DNA of 64,000 nucleotides, from positions 124,949 to 188,948 of the forward strand of contig JASFLY010000003.1 of the NCBI GenBank assembly GCA_050117845.1. Direction: 5' to 3'. The notes below the pieces were generated by a model, which did not search any database, was not told the origin of the DNA, and saw only the letters and a program-made list of their open reading frames with translations. The DNA is from Candidatus Zixiibacteriota bacterium. GTDB taxonomy: Bacteria; RBG-13-66-14; B26-G2; WVWN01. Shown one piece after another: positions 37,129 to 47,090 of this stretch. The position numbers and the translations under genes are program-made. How positions within the stretch are numbered: the stretch's first letter is position 1; each line of letters opens with the position of its first letter.

Positions 37129-39020
37129 GGCACGGATTTAACCCTGAGGGTCGGGGGAAGGAATTCGTCGATAAACTGCCGGTGCCATAATTCCAGGCAG
37201 AACAGGTTCCACACCTGCTTGCCCCCGACGCCGCTTTCGAAATAGCGATCGAGGAGGGACGTTACCGCCCGGGCGTCGAAATAGCCGCGGCCTAGCGCCT
37301 CGGGCGAAGCGACGGTGTCGTATACCCAATCCCGCCGATACTCCCGCAGCCATCGGTCCACCGGTACCTCGAACGCGCGTTTTGGCCGTTCGACGACGGG
37401 CCGGGGTAAAAGGTCACGGGCGAATTCCCGCAGGAGTTTCTTCGTTATCCCGCGGCCCACGCGTTCCCGGTCGCTCAATTGGCTTACGTGCTCCACCAGA
37501 ACGTGGTCGAGGAGAGGCACGCGGGCCTCGATGGCCGTGGCCATGCTGGCCTTATCCACCTTCATCAAAACGTCGTCGACGAGCCAGGTTTTCATGTCCG
37601 CGGCCGTGAGACGTTGGAGGGGGCTCCGCCCGGCCCCTGCCCGGAAGTAGTTTTCGTAAAGGCGAGCCGCCCGGCCTCCCGCCGTCGTCGCGGCGAAGTC
37701 CTCGGTAAAGAGGGCCCGGCGTTCGGCCTCCTGGAAAATACTCAACCACGCCACGTTACGCGCCCAGGGCCGGGGAGCGGACGCGGCGAGCTTGGCGGCG
37801 TAACGCCACCACGGGTTGTCGGGCCGCCGGCCAGCAATTTCGCCGGCCGCGGCGGCGGCGACGTGCTTCGCGAACCCGGGAAGGTAGTGGTAGTAGTCGG
37901 CCGCGCGACTGAGGAGGTAACGGGGGTAGCCGGCGAACACTTCGTCGCCCCCCTCCCCCGTTACCAGTACGGACACGTGAGACTTCGCGTATTGGCAGAT
38001 GAGGTAAGTGGCCCAGGCCGCGGCGTCGGCGATGGGCTCGTCCAGATGCCAGATAACGCGGGGGATGGCCGCGAGGTCGTCGGGGCGCGCTTCCAGTTCG
38101 TGATACTCGTACGATAACGCCTCGGCGGTCGTCCGCGCGTATGCGGCCTCGCCCTCCTCCCCGGCGAAGCGGATGTGGAACGCGCGCACCGTCCCCGGGA
38201 GATACCGGCGAAGCAAGGCGGAAACGACGCTCGAGTCCAAACCGCCGCTTAGCAGCACGCCCACCGGGACGTCCGAAACCGTGCGGGTCTGCACGGCCTT
38301 GGCTATCAAATCGGGCACGTTTTCTTTCCCCGGGCCGTCGTTCGAGTGCCGCCCCGGCCCCCCGGGCGCCGGGACCTCCCAGTACCTGCTAACCCAACCG
38401 CCGTGGTGATTGATACGAAGCCAGTGGCCGCCGGGCAGTTTATATATACCCTTGAAGAGCGTCTTGGGCGCCGGGACGTATTGCAGCGTTAGATGGTCCT
38501 CCAGGGCCTCGGCGTCGACCTCCCGGCTTACGCCGGGCGCCAGCAGGAGCGCCTTTATCTCCGAGGCGAAATAGAATCTGTCGCCGACCCAGGTGTAGTA
38601 GAGGGGCTTGACCCCCAACCGGTCGCGGGCGATGAAGAGCGTGTCGCCGTCCCAGAGCGCGAAGGCGAAAATGCCGCGTAGCTTGCTAACGCAATCGCGG
38701 CCCAACTCCTCGTAGAGGTGGACGATAACCTCGGTGTCCGAGACGGTGCGGAAATGGTGGCCGCGGCGCCGGAGTTCCGCGCTGAGTTCACGGTAGTTAT
38801 AAATCTCGCCGTTCAGAACGACGGTTATACTGCCGTCCTCGTTCGAGATGGGCTGCCGGCCGCCCTCGAGGTCGATTATCTTCAGCCGCGTCATCCCGAG
38901 GCCCACCGGCCCGGCCGAGAAGGTCCCCCGGTCGTCGGGGCCGCGGTGATCCAGGGCCTCACACATCTCTTCCAGAAGGCCGTTCCGGCCGTCGTTGTAG
39001 TATCCGCAAATCCCGCACAT
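37110..39020 (-). CDS. asnB: asparagine synthetase (glutamine-hydrolysing)
   Basis: N-terminal MCGICGY (Ntn Cys2), PP-loop SGGLDSS, 636 aa; overlaps neighbouring gene ends. Confidence 0.8.
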   Translation of the reverse strand: MCGICGYYNDGRNGLLEEMCEALDHRGPDDRGTFSAGPVGLGMTRLKIIDLEGGRQPISNEDGSITVVLNGEIYNYRELSAELRRRGHHFRTVSDTEVIVHLYEELGRDCVSKLRGIFAFALWDGDTLFIARDRLGVKPLYYTWVGDRFYFASEIKALLLAPGVSREVDAEALEDHLTLQYVPAPKTLFKGIYKLPGGHWLRINHHGGWVSRYWEVPAPGGPGRHSNDGPGKENVPDLIAKAVQTRTVSDVPVGVLLSGGLDSSVVSALLRRYLPGTVRAFHIRFAGEEGEAAYARTTAEALSYEYHELEARPDDLAAIPRVIWHLDEPIADAAAWATYLICQYAKSHVSVLVTGEGGDEVFAGYPRYLLSRAADYYHYLPGFAKHVAAAAAGEIAGRRPDNPWWRYAAKLAASAPRPWARNVAWLSIFQEAERRALFTEDFAATTAGGRAARLYENYFRAGAGRSPLQRLTAADMKTWLVDDVLMKVDKASMATAIEARVPLLDHVLVEHVSQLSDRERVGRGITKKLLREFARDLLPRPVVERPKRAFEVPVDRWLREYRRDWVYDTVASPEALGRGYFDARAVTSLLDRYFESGVGGKQVWNLFCLELWHRQFIDEFLPPTLRVKSVPCVISS

Positions 39021-39093
39021 ATAATATCCCTAACGTCTTCCTGAGAACGCAAATAGCTTCCGTTTTTCTTCCCGACGGTAACAGGCCGGTATG

Positions 39094-40281
39094 TTAAAAA
39101 ACGTCATAAGTAAATTCTCCGGGTTCGACCCGCGCCCTAGCCGAAACCGCCGGCCGCCCCGTCGCAATAACACGTTCGAACGCCGCGGCGGCCCGGTCCC
39201 AGGTGAAGCGGCAGGCCGTCGCCCGGGCGCCCCGCTCCATCGAATGCCGGCGCTTCTCGTCCTCGAAGACGAGTTCCACCTTGGCGGCGATATCGCGGCC
39301 GTCGCGCTCGACGGCGAAGCCGTTGAACCCCTCGCACAAACAATCGTCGGCGCCGTTGACGCGGGAGAGGAGTACCGGCAGGCCGGAAGCCATCGCCTCC
39401 AGCGTGACCAAACTGAAGGCCTCGTAATAGGACGGCAATACGAAAACGTCCGCACCTCGGTAAATCGCGGCCACGTCCTTGCGGGAACCCAGGAAGTGGA
39501 CCCGCCGCCCCACGCCCACGTCTTCGGCCCGAGCTCGGTACGTCGCGTCGGGGCCTTTCCCGGCGATTACCAGATGGTAGCGCGAGGGCAGGAAGCGCAC
39601 GGCCTCGATAGCGTGCGACAGCCCCTTGAGCCACCACAGGCCGCCGACGAAGAGGACGACGCGGTCGTCCGCCGCGAGGCCCAGCGAATCCCGGAGCGCC
39701 GTTCTCGCCTCGTCCCGGCCGGTGTCGTTGAACTCGCCGCAGTCGACGCCGTTGTAAACGACGTTAAGCCTTTCGCGTTCGACCCGCGGATAATAGGCCG
39801 ACAGTTCGCGGGACGTTCCGCTCGAGACGCTGATAATCTCAGGACGCCGGCCGCGGAGCAGTCGTTTCTCGACCGCGCACGCGAGCGCGTACCACGCCTC
39901 CTCGCCCGCCCGCCTCGCCGGCCCCAGACGGACGCCGTTCCGCACCAGTTTGTGGAAAATGGCCCGCCGGCCGGCGTTGACGGTATGCACCACCATATAA
40001 TCGGCGCCCAGCGTGTTTATACCCTGGCCGATGACGGCGTCGAACTTCATCCGCTTGATCATCAACGTACTCAGGAGGGCGAAGGCCGGAACGCGGACGA
40101 GGGTCGGAAGGTCCGGCACGGGGACGCGGTGCCACGTTACGCCGGCGCCCTCGATGCCTTCGGCCGTCGCGGCGAAGACGTGGACGTCGTGCCTCGGGGC
40201 GAGCCGTGTCGCCAGTTCGTAGACCACGCGTTCGGTGCCGCCGCGCTTGTGAACGTCCTCGCATACGAGCGCGAGTTTCAT
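39094..40281 (-). CDS. glycosyltransferase family 4
   Basis: Start taken at internal ATG 40281 (GGAGGAAAA RBS; MKLALVCEDVHKRGGTERVV); YEAFSLVTLEAMASGLPVL motif; the 182-aa Arg/Gly-rich ORF-track extension is rejected. Confidence 0.75.
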   Translation of the reverse strand: MKLALVCEDVHKRGGTERVVYELATRLAPRHDVHVFAATAEGIEGAGVTWHRVPVPDLPTLVRVPAFALLSTLMIKRMKFDAVIGQGINTLGADYMVVHTVNAGRRAIFHKLVRNGVRLGPARRAGEEAWYALACAVEKRLLRGRRPEIISVSSGTSRELSAYYPRVERERLNVVYNGVDCGEFNDTGRDEARTALRDSLGLAADDRVVLFVGGLWWLKGLSHAIEAVRFLPSRYHLVIAGKGPDATYRARAEDVGVGRRVHFLGSRKDVAAIYRGADVFVLPSYYEAFSLVTLEAMASGLPVLLSRVNGADDCLCEGFNGFAVERDGRDIAAKVELVFEDEKRRHSMERGARATACRFTWDRAAAAFERVIATGRPAVSARARVEPGEFTYDVF

Positions 40282-41732
40282 TTTTCCTCCGACTCCTCCG
40301 GCCTCGTTAAAAACGACGCCGCTCCCGCCATCAACCAATAGCAAACTGGCGACAGGCCGGTGTAGAGCGGCATCCCGGTAAGCATCGGCAATAGCATCGA
40401 CAGGCAAAACGCGAACACGAACAGGGTTCGCCAATTCCGGTCCCAATCGACCCGGCCCAACTGGAAAAGCCGCGCCGGGACGGCCAATAAAGTCGTTACG
40501 AACAAAAGCAGGCCCGGCCACCCGAGCGAAACGAGTGCCGCGCCGTAACCGTTTTCTATGAACTTGAAACCGGAGGACCAGCCCTGCCCCGCGAAGATGC
40601 GCCCCACCTTCGCGGACGCCGTGATGCCCAGGCCGAAGGGATGTCCCTCTACCAGTTCGACGGCCCTGAACCAATCCCAGGATATCCGGGCCAACGTGTA
40701 CTGGTAGTTCGTGAAGACAAGCGTCAGGCGGTACAGGTAAACGCCCCGCGACATAAGCAGTACGACGACGATGCCGGCCAAAAGGCTCAAGGCCACGGCC
40801 ACGAGTTCCTTCCGCCGTCGACACCACAGGCCGAAGACGGCCACGCTGAGGAGGACGGGTACGTACGTCGTACGACTGCCAGTGAAGGCCAGCGCGGCGA
40901 AGAACAACCCGAGCGACGCGATGAGGATTACTTTATATCCCGGCTTTTTAACGTTCGTTATAAACGCGACGGCGATGACGATGGCGACGTGCATGGCGGC
41001 CGCCAGCTCGGCCGGCACGCTGAACGTCGAGAAGACGCGGCGTCGCAGCGCCTGATCGACGTCCATCCCGTACCACTGGCCGAAGGCCGCGATGTGTTTA
41101 TAATGGGGGGATACGGCGAAGAGATGGTCGAAGCCGACCCAATATTGAATAACGCCGTAAATCCCGGTAACCGCGGCCGCGCCCAAAAAGACGTAGCACA
41201 GTCGGTCGAAACGACGCCGCGAATTGATTACGTCGGCCCCCACGAAGAACAGCGGGATATTAGCGAGCCACCACCGGGCGCCGCCCAAACGGTAGAGGAG
41301 CGGGTCGGGCGTGAAGGGGATTATCGTTACGACCAGGGTGTAGAATACGAACGCGCCGACGACGAGTGAGATAGGTTTGTCGTAGCGGCCCCGCAGGCCT
41401 CGGGCCAATGGGTATTTCACAAACCACACCAGATATATAACGGTCAAGAAGATGTCCCTCAAGAAGAACGTTACCGGGTAGGGGTACGCATTCTTAACCA
41501 TACCCTCGACGAACATGAACGCGACGAATGCCGTCACGAAGATGTAGAGCCGCCTCGCCGCCAATAAAAGGCCCCCGAGGCCCAGGCCGCTAAGTATTAT
41601 GGTGTTGGACGTCGCCGGCCATACTATAGCGACTGAAGCGGCCGCGGCCGCGGCGCAGGCGACGGCTATAACCAGTAAACCCGGCCTGCTCCCGCCACGG
41701 TAGTCATCCCGACTGGAAATCGCGTGTTCCAC
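40278..41732 (-). CDS. O-antigen ligase / Wzy-type polymerase-like polytopic membrane protein
   Basis: ~10-12 hydrophobic segments, large loop near C-terminal third; GTG start uncertain. Confidence 0.6.
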   Translation of the reverse strand: MEHAISSRDDYRGGSRPGLLVIAVACAAAAAASVAIVWPATSNTIILSGLGLGGLLLAARRLYIFVTAFVAFMFVEGMVKNAYPYPVTFFLRDIFLTVIYLVWFVKYPLARGLRGRYDKPISLVVGAFVFYTLVVTIIPFTPDPLLYRLGGARWWLANIPLFFVGADVINSRRRFDRLCYVFLGAAAVTGIYGVIQYWVGFDHLFAVSPHYKHIAAFGQWYGMDVDQALRRRVFSTFSVPAELAAAMHVAIVIAVAFITNVKKPGYKVILIASLGLFFAALAFTGSRTTYVPVLLSVAVFGLWCRRRKELVAVALSLLAGIVVVLLMSRGVYLYRLTLVFTNYQYTLARISWDWFRAVELVEGHPFGLGITASAKVGRIFAGQGWSSGFKFIENGYGAALVSLGWPGLLLFVTTLLAVPARLFQLGRVDWDRNWRTLFVFAFCLSMLLPMLTGMPLYTGLSPVCYWLMAGAASFLTRPEESEEK

Positions 41733-41857
41733 TTTCGCCGGATTACCCTTTCTTCAAAACGATGCTGCTAATTCGCTCGATATCGTTTTATACGGGGCGC
41801 CTTGCCGTAGCGCATTAACGTGTTCACCAACCGAGTTCGCGTCCACGGCCCGCTCAA

Positions 41858-43828
41858 TCACAAGTACCCCAGGTCCCGGATTTGGCCTTTGGTATCGTCC
41901 GATATCACCGGCACGGCGCCCGCCTTGACCTTTTCGACATCGGCCGTAACCGCCGCCGTCCAACCGTCGAGTTCCCGCTTAAGGCGCTCAAACGTCGCCG
42001 GCTTGGTCGCCGCGATGTTTTCTTTTTCCCCTCCGTCGTTCTCGCGGTCGAATAACAGGTAAACGTCGCCGTCGTGGATTAGGGTGTATCGCTCGTCGCG
42101 GACCGACCGGTATTCCGGATGCAACGAAGCGCCGTCGGCGAAGACGCAACGGTTTGTTATACCCGACTCCGACAGACGAAACAGGTTCTCGCCGGGGAGC
42201 CCTTCCGGCGCCTCCACGCCCGCCAACGCCAATACGGTAGGTGCGACGTCGATCATGTTAACGTTAAGGCCGATCCGCCTCGGCTCGAGGCCCGCGTCCG
42301 GAACGCGCATCGCGAAGGGGACGGCGAATAATTCAGTATAATGGGAGGGCCCCTGGTCGCCGTGGCCGAACTTCCCGTGTTCGAAGAACTCCTCTCCGTG
42401 ATCGGCCGTCACGATAACGACCGTCCTCCCGGCCAGGCCCGTCTCGTTGAGCGCATTTAAAATAACGCCGAGTTGTTCGTCCACGTATTCCGTTTCGGCC
42501 CGGTACAGGTGGCGCAGCATGGCTTCGTCTTCCGGCACGTAGTCGGAAATATCCCCCGGGCGCCGGTGGTTGGTGGTTTCGATGAAGAGTTCGACCTCGG
42601 CGTCGCCCCGATACGGTTCCCCGATTAACTCCTCGGGGGGATTATAGGGATAATGGGGGTCCAGGTAGTGAAGCCACAAGAAAAACGGCCTCGCGTCGTC
42701 GTCGCGGATGGACCGTAGCGCCTTCGCCGTCAACGTCGCCGTCGTATCTTCGAAGAGGTACTTGTAAAGGAATTTCTCGGTGAACCTATTGACTACCTGT
42801 ATCAACGCCGCTTCGCGGAAAGCGCCGGTCGCGGGCGCGTCGTACGGCCCGGAGAACTTCTCGAAACCCCTGATAAACCCGTGTCCGGGAGTAATGACCG
42901 GCGTCGCGACTATGGCTTCCGTACGGTAACCGTTTTCGTGCAACAACTCCGGCAAGGTCCGGACCGAAGGCGTACAAGAAGCTTCCCACGTCGCCCCGTG
43001 GACCGAGGGGTACCGGCCGGTTAACATCGTCATCATCGACGGTACGGTCCAGGGCGCGTTGCTATAAAAACGATCGAAGACCAACGACTCATCGGCGAAA
43101 GCGTCGAAGTTGGGCGTTCGAACCGCCACGTCGCCGTAATACGAGACGCCGTCGCGTCGGAGCGTATCGATGGTGATAATCACGAAATTGGGGCGGCTCC
43201 CCGGCCCGGCGTCGGCGTTACCCGTTGGCCAGGCGGCCACCGCGACCACGCCCGCCATGGCCACGACGCCGCCCAATATACAACCGCCGTTATAAAGAAC
43301 CGGCCAAGGGCGGAACCGAGCCACGAGCCGGCGGCCCCGCGTTCCTATGACGTAAAAGGCCGCCGTCAACGGGATTACGGACGCGGCGAGTAAACCGTTC
43401 CATAAATACCCCCCCTTAGCGCCGATGGGCGGGAAGACGTAAGTATTCAACGGCAGGGACGCGTACAGCAAAACGACGAACGCCAAGGAGAACGCCACCG
43501 CCAGCGAACCCGGGGTAGCCTCTCCGGCTGGTCGCTTCCGGATTAATAACAACAAGCTAAACCCTACCCAGGCCGCGACGCCGACGCCCGAAATTACGAC
43601 GAAGGCAGCCGCGGCGTTCTGGAAAAAAGCCGCCGGGAAGGACAGACAGGCCGGAAACGCGCGGTCCGCAATATCGTCGGCAACGAATACGCCGACGACG
43701 CCCGCAAGGACGCTCCAAAACCATACGTTTTTCGCGGACGATAAAACCGTCTCCGCGAACCGCTTTACCCTCGTCGAATCGGCCTTTACCCTATTCATCA
43801 CGTTACTCCTCGTGGCGACGAGTGCCAC
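41858..43828 (-). CDS. membrane-anchored sulfatase / alkaline-phosphatase-superfamily protein (LtaS/phosphotransferase-like)
   Basis: N-terminal TM segments then FVIITIDTLRRD, HYLDPHYPY, VTADHGEEF metal-site motifs; start codon uncertain. Confidence 0.7.
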   Translation of the reverse strand: MALVATRSNVMNRVKADSTRVKRFAETVLSSAKNVWFWSVLAGVVGVFVADDIADRAFPACLSFPAAFFQNAAAAFVVISGVGVAAWVGFSLLLLIRKRPAGEATPGSLAVAFSLAFVVLLYASLPLNTYVFPPIGAKGGYLWNGLLAASVIPLTAAFYVIGTRGRRLVARFRPWPVLYNGGCILGGVVAMAGVVAVAAWPTGNADAGPGSRPNFVIITIDTLRRDGVSYYGDVAVRTPNFDAFADESLVFDRFYSNAPWTVPSMMTMLTGRYPSVHGATWEASCTPSVRTLPELLHENGYRTEAIVATPVITPGHGFIRGFEKFSGPYDAPATGAFREAALIQVVNRFTEKFLYKYLFEDTTATLTAKALRSIRDDDARPFFLWLHYLDPHYPYNPPEELIGEPYRGDAEVELFIETTNHRRPGDISDYVPEDEAMLRHLYRAETEYVDEQLGVILNALNETGLAGRTVVIVTADHGEEFFEHGKFGHGDQGPSHYTELFAVPFAMRVPDAGLEPRRIGLNVNMIDVAPTVLALAGVEAPEGLPGENLFRLSESGITNRCVFADGASLHPEYRSVRDERYTLIHDGDVYLLFDRENDGGEKENIAATKPATFERLKRELDGWTAAVTADVEKVKAGAVPVISDDTKGQIRDLGYL

Positions 43829-43850
43829 GCCGTCGTCGCGCGGCTCGACC

Positions 43851-45017
43851 TTACAACGCCTCCGCTACGCGAACGAAGACCTCCCGGTCCCACTGCTCGG
43901 CGATGCGGGGCCAGGCGAAGTACTCGTCGAACGTGGCCCGCGCCCGTTCTCCCATCGTACGGCGCAGCGCGTCGTTCCCGGCCAACCGCTCCACCGCGGT
44001 GGCCAGGGACGAAGCGTCGCCTTCGGGCACGACGATTATGTTGTCGCCGTCACGGAAGACGTCCTCCCGCTCCCGGCCGTCGTATGCCACGACCGGCAAG
44101 CCGTGGGCGTACGCGGCGATCAGCGATCCCCGGCGGCCGGACGGTCCGGCGGCCTCCGGCGAGACGAAGATATCGCTACGAGCCAGGTATCCCGAAACCG
44201 CGCCCGCCGACAAGGGCCCCGTTATCTCGACGCGGCCTTCAAGGCCGAGCTCGGCGGCCAAACGGCGGATCCGCTCGACGCGGCGCTCTTCGTTGCCGTA
44301 ACCGCCGACGAGGAAAAGACGCAACGGCCGCGGCGACGTAACCGCGCTGACGGCGTGTACCAATTCCTCGATCGCCCGGTCCTGGTTCCACAGGCCGAAC
44401 GACGTGATATACAATTCTTCTCTGTCTCGGGACGCCCGGCTCCTGATGCGGGCCGCCGGGATATTCGTGCCCACCGGAATCCTCGTTACTCTCTTCGAGT
44501 CGACGCCCGGCAACTCGCGCAGAAGCCGCTCGCGATACGAGTTCGTGACGACGGCCGACGCACAGCCCCAGACCGCCGCCTCGTAACACTTCCGGGACAT
44601 CCACGAGAGTACGGTCCCTTTGACGCCGGAGCGCCGCGGCCTGTATATCTCGTGCACGTTCAGTATCAACGGCCGTCCCACCCGGCGGCGAAACGCGTCG
44701 AAGAAAGCGACGAGCCAGGGCGCCACGCCGCCGCGGCCGTACATAAAGACGACGAATTCCAACACGTAGACGTCGGCCCCCACCGTCCGCAGGGCGCGGA
44801 TAAGCGCGGGGAGGTGCCGCAGGTTCCATTTATTAATAACGGGTAGGACTTGTCGAGGTCGCCCTTCGCCGCGGGAAGCTTTAACACCACGTCCCGCGGA
44901 CGTGACCACCGTGACGCCGTGCCCCCGGGCCGCCACTTCCCCCGACAGGTACCGTACGTAGTCGCCCACGCCGCCAATTTGCGGGGGGTACTCGGCAGTT
45001 ATGTAACAAATATCCAT
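43851..45017 (-). CDS. glycosyltransferase family 4
   Basis: N-terminal MDICYITAEYPPQIGGVGDYV; C-terminal GT-B motif region. Confidence 0.7.
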   Translation of the reverse strand: MDICYITAEYPPQIGGVGDYVRYLSGEVAARGHGVTVVTSAGRGVKASRGEGRPRQVLPVINKWNLRHLPALIRALRTVGADVYVLEFVVFMYGRGGVAPWLVAFFDAFRRRVGRPLILNVHEIYRPRRSGVKGTVLSWMSRKCYEAAVWGCASAVVTNSYRERLLRELPGVDSKRVTRIPVGTNIPAARIRSRASRDREELYITSFGLWNQDRAIEELVHAVSAVTSPRPLRLFLVGGYGNEERRVERIRRLAAELGLEGRVEITGPLSAGAVSGYLARSDIFVSPEAAGPSGRRGSLIAAYAHGLPVVAYDGREREDVFRDGDNIIVVPEGDASSLATAVERLAGNDALRRTMGERARATFDEYFAWPRIAEQWDREVFVRVAEAL

Positions 45018-45042
45018 TTATCCCCGTTTATCCCGCCGGCTG

Positions 45043-45873
45043 TTAACGCCCCGACACGCGGAGGACGTAGAACACCTGGGAATTGAGAAACCGGCCCAAA
45101 CAAGAGAACGGTGAAAAAGTCCGATTAACGATATCGAAGTCCATCTCCGCGAACTTACGCTCCAGAATCCGGAAATCGAAGCCGACGTGCGACAGGATAT
45201 ACGAACCGTCGCCCCGCCGGGCGACCGGGAGCCCCAGGAAGGACCGGGCCACGGTCGCCGGCGTCGTGTTCTCGTGGGCCTGGCCCAGAATCACGCGGGC
45301 GCAGTTCTTTAAAAGCGAGGCGAGGCCCACTTCCAACGGTACCGATATTATTGCAATACCGTTTTTCGCCAGGAGCCGCTTTATATTCTCCAGCGCTTTT
45401 TCCAAACTGGATTCTTCGAGGTGTTCCAATACCTCCAGACAGGTTATTTTTTCGAATGACCCGTTGTCCATTATAGATAGGTCATCGGTGAAACGTATCC
45501 CGCGAGTGGCGCCCGTAAATGTCTTGTTTACCTTATAATCCGACCACAGCGGGTCGTAACCGTACGCCCGTATCTTCGCCCCCGCGCCGTTAAGCAACTC
45601 GAGGAAATATCCGTCCGAACACCCGTAGTCCAGTATCCGTTCGCCGTTCCGGGGGGCGACCAGTTCTACCGCCTTCTTGAAGCGGGCGGAATGGGCGAAT
45701 CTCTTGAGGGCGGACCGATTGTCGGTGGTCCACTCGGCCGGTTTCATCGTCGCGATATATTCCGCTTCATCCATAATTCGACCGTCGAGACGCGCCGCTC
45801 CGTCGCCGTCTTCCGCGGCGGCCGCCGTGGAAGCGTTGAGGATTTGAGCGGCGACATCGTCCGAATACATCAT
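45043..45873 (-). CDS. class I SAM-dependent methyltransferase
   Basis: Motif I ILDYGCSDGYF and acidic motif II. Confidence 0.7.
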   Translation of the reverse strand: MMYSDDVAAQILNASTAAAAEDGDGAARLDGRIMDEAEYIATMKPAEWTTDNRSALKRFAHSARFKKAVELVAPRNGERILDYGCSDGYFLELLNGAGAKIRAYGYDPLWSDYKVNKTFTGATRGIRFTDDLSIMDNGSFEKITCLEVLEHLEESSLEKALENIKRLLAKNGIAIISVPLEVGLASLLKNCARVILGQAHENTTPATVARSFLGLPVARRGDGSYILSHVGFDFRILERKFAEMDFDIVNRTFSPFSCLGRFLNSQVFYVLRVSGR

Positions 45874-47090
45874 GGCTGCCCGCGCTTCCGCCGCCCGGCG
45901 CGTTCGTACACGGCGAGCGTCGCGTCCACGTGGCGGCCCAACGAATACTCCCCGACGGCCATTCGGCCGGCGGCCCCCATCGCCCCAGCTCTATCCGGGT
46001 CCTCCAAAAGTAGATTTAATTTCGCCGCCAGGTCTTTGGGGTCGGCCGACCTCGCCAGAAGGCCCACTTCACCGTCGGCCAGCCATTCCGGAATCCCGCC
46101 GACGCGGTACGCCACGACGGGCCGGCCGTGGCTCAACGCCTCCACGCCGACGTTCCCGAAAGCCTCCGGGCAGAGCGACGGCAGGGCCACGACGTGCGCC
46201 CGGCGGTAGAGTTCCGCCATCTCCTCGTAGCGGACCCACCCGGTGAAGCGCACCCGGCCGTTCAACCCCATCCGGCCGGCGAGCGATTTCAGATTATCCA
46301 GTTGCGGGCCGTCGCCGACGAGGGTGAGCGTTACAGCCTCCGGCAGCTTCGCCACCGCGGCGATTAGGTCGTCGAAGCCCTTTATATAGGACGCGCGGCC
46401 TACGGCGACGACGAGCGGCGGTCCGCCGTTCGCCGGGGCCGACTCCGGCGGGACGTCCACGGGCGGCGGAATGACGCGTACTAGGCTACCGTCCTGGCCG
46501 GCCGCGACGAGCATTTCCTTCATCCATTCGCTCGTGACGACGACGGCGCCCAGGCGCGCGTCCGCCCGACGGAAGGCGTAGCAGGCGGCGATCCTACGGA
46601 CCATCTCGGCGGCGCCGATGCTTCCGCCGTCCTCGCGCCGGCCGCACCCCCGACGGTTCCCGGCCGCGAGGCACCACCAGCCGAAAGGCCGGTCGCAAAC
46701 GCGGCGATCCACGGGCCAGTACTTGGTTCCGGTCGGGCAATAGGTCCACGGCGTGTGCACCGTGCGTACCGTCGGGAAGGACTTGCTTACTTCAAGCACT
46801 ACCCTCGGCGCGTCGAAATTCCGGAAGTGGACCACGTCCGGGTCGAAGCGGCCCAACGCGTCGGCGATATCGCGGAGCGCCGGTTTCCATCGGAACGGCG
46901 TCGCTTCGCGCACCGACGGGAAGAATACGCTACCCGGCTCGCCGGCGGCTTCGGCGTCGCCGTGGGCGACGAGGACGTCGTGGCCCTCGTCCCGCATCCG
47001 GTCGACGCAGCGCCGCATCGTCTTCTCGCTCCCGCCGACGATGCCGTACTTCTCGTTAATCTGGACGATCCTCATAAGGGGCCCCCGCAC
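45870..47090 (-). CDS. glycosyltransferase family 4
   Basis: EAFGNVGVEALSHGRPVVAYRVGGIPEW motif. Confidence 0.75.
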   Translation of the reverse strand: MRGPLMRIVQINEKYGIVGGSEKTMRRCVDRMRDEGHDVLVAHGDAEAAGEPGSVFFPSVREATPFRWKPALRDIADALGRFDPDVVHFRNFDAPRVVLEVSKSFPTVRTVHTPWTYCPTGTKYWPVDRRVCDRPFGWWCLAAGNRRGCGRREDGGSIGAAEMVRRIAACYAFRRADARLGAVVVTSEWMKEMLVAAGQDGSLVRVIPPPVDVPPESAPANGGPPLVVAVGRASYIKGFDDLIAAVAKLPEAVTLTLVGDGPQLDNLKSLAGRMGLNGRVRFTGWVRYEEMAELYRRAHVVALPSLCPEAFGNVGVEALSHGRPVVAYRVGGIPEWLADGEVGLLARSADPKDLAAKLNLLLEDPDRAGAMGAAGRMAVGEYSLGRHVDATLAVYERAGRRKRGQP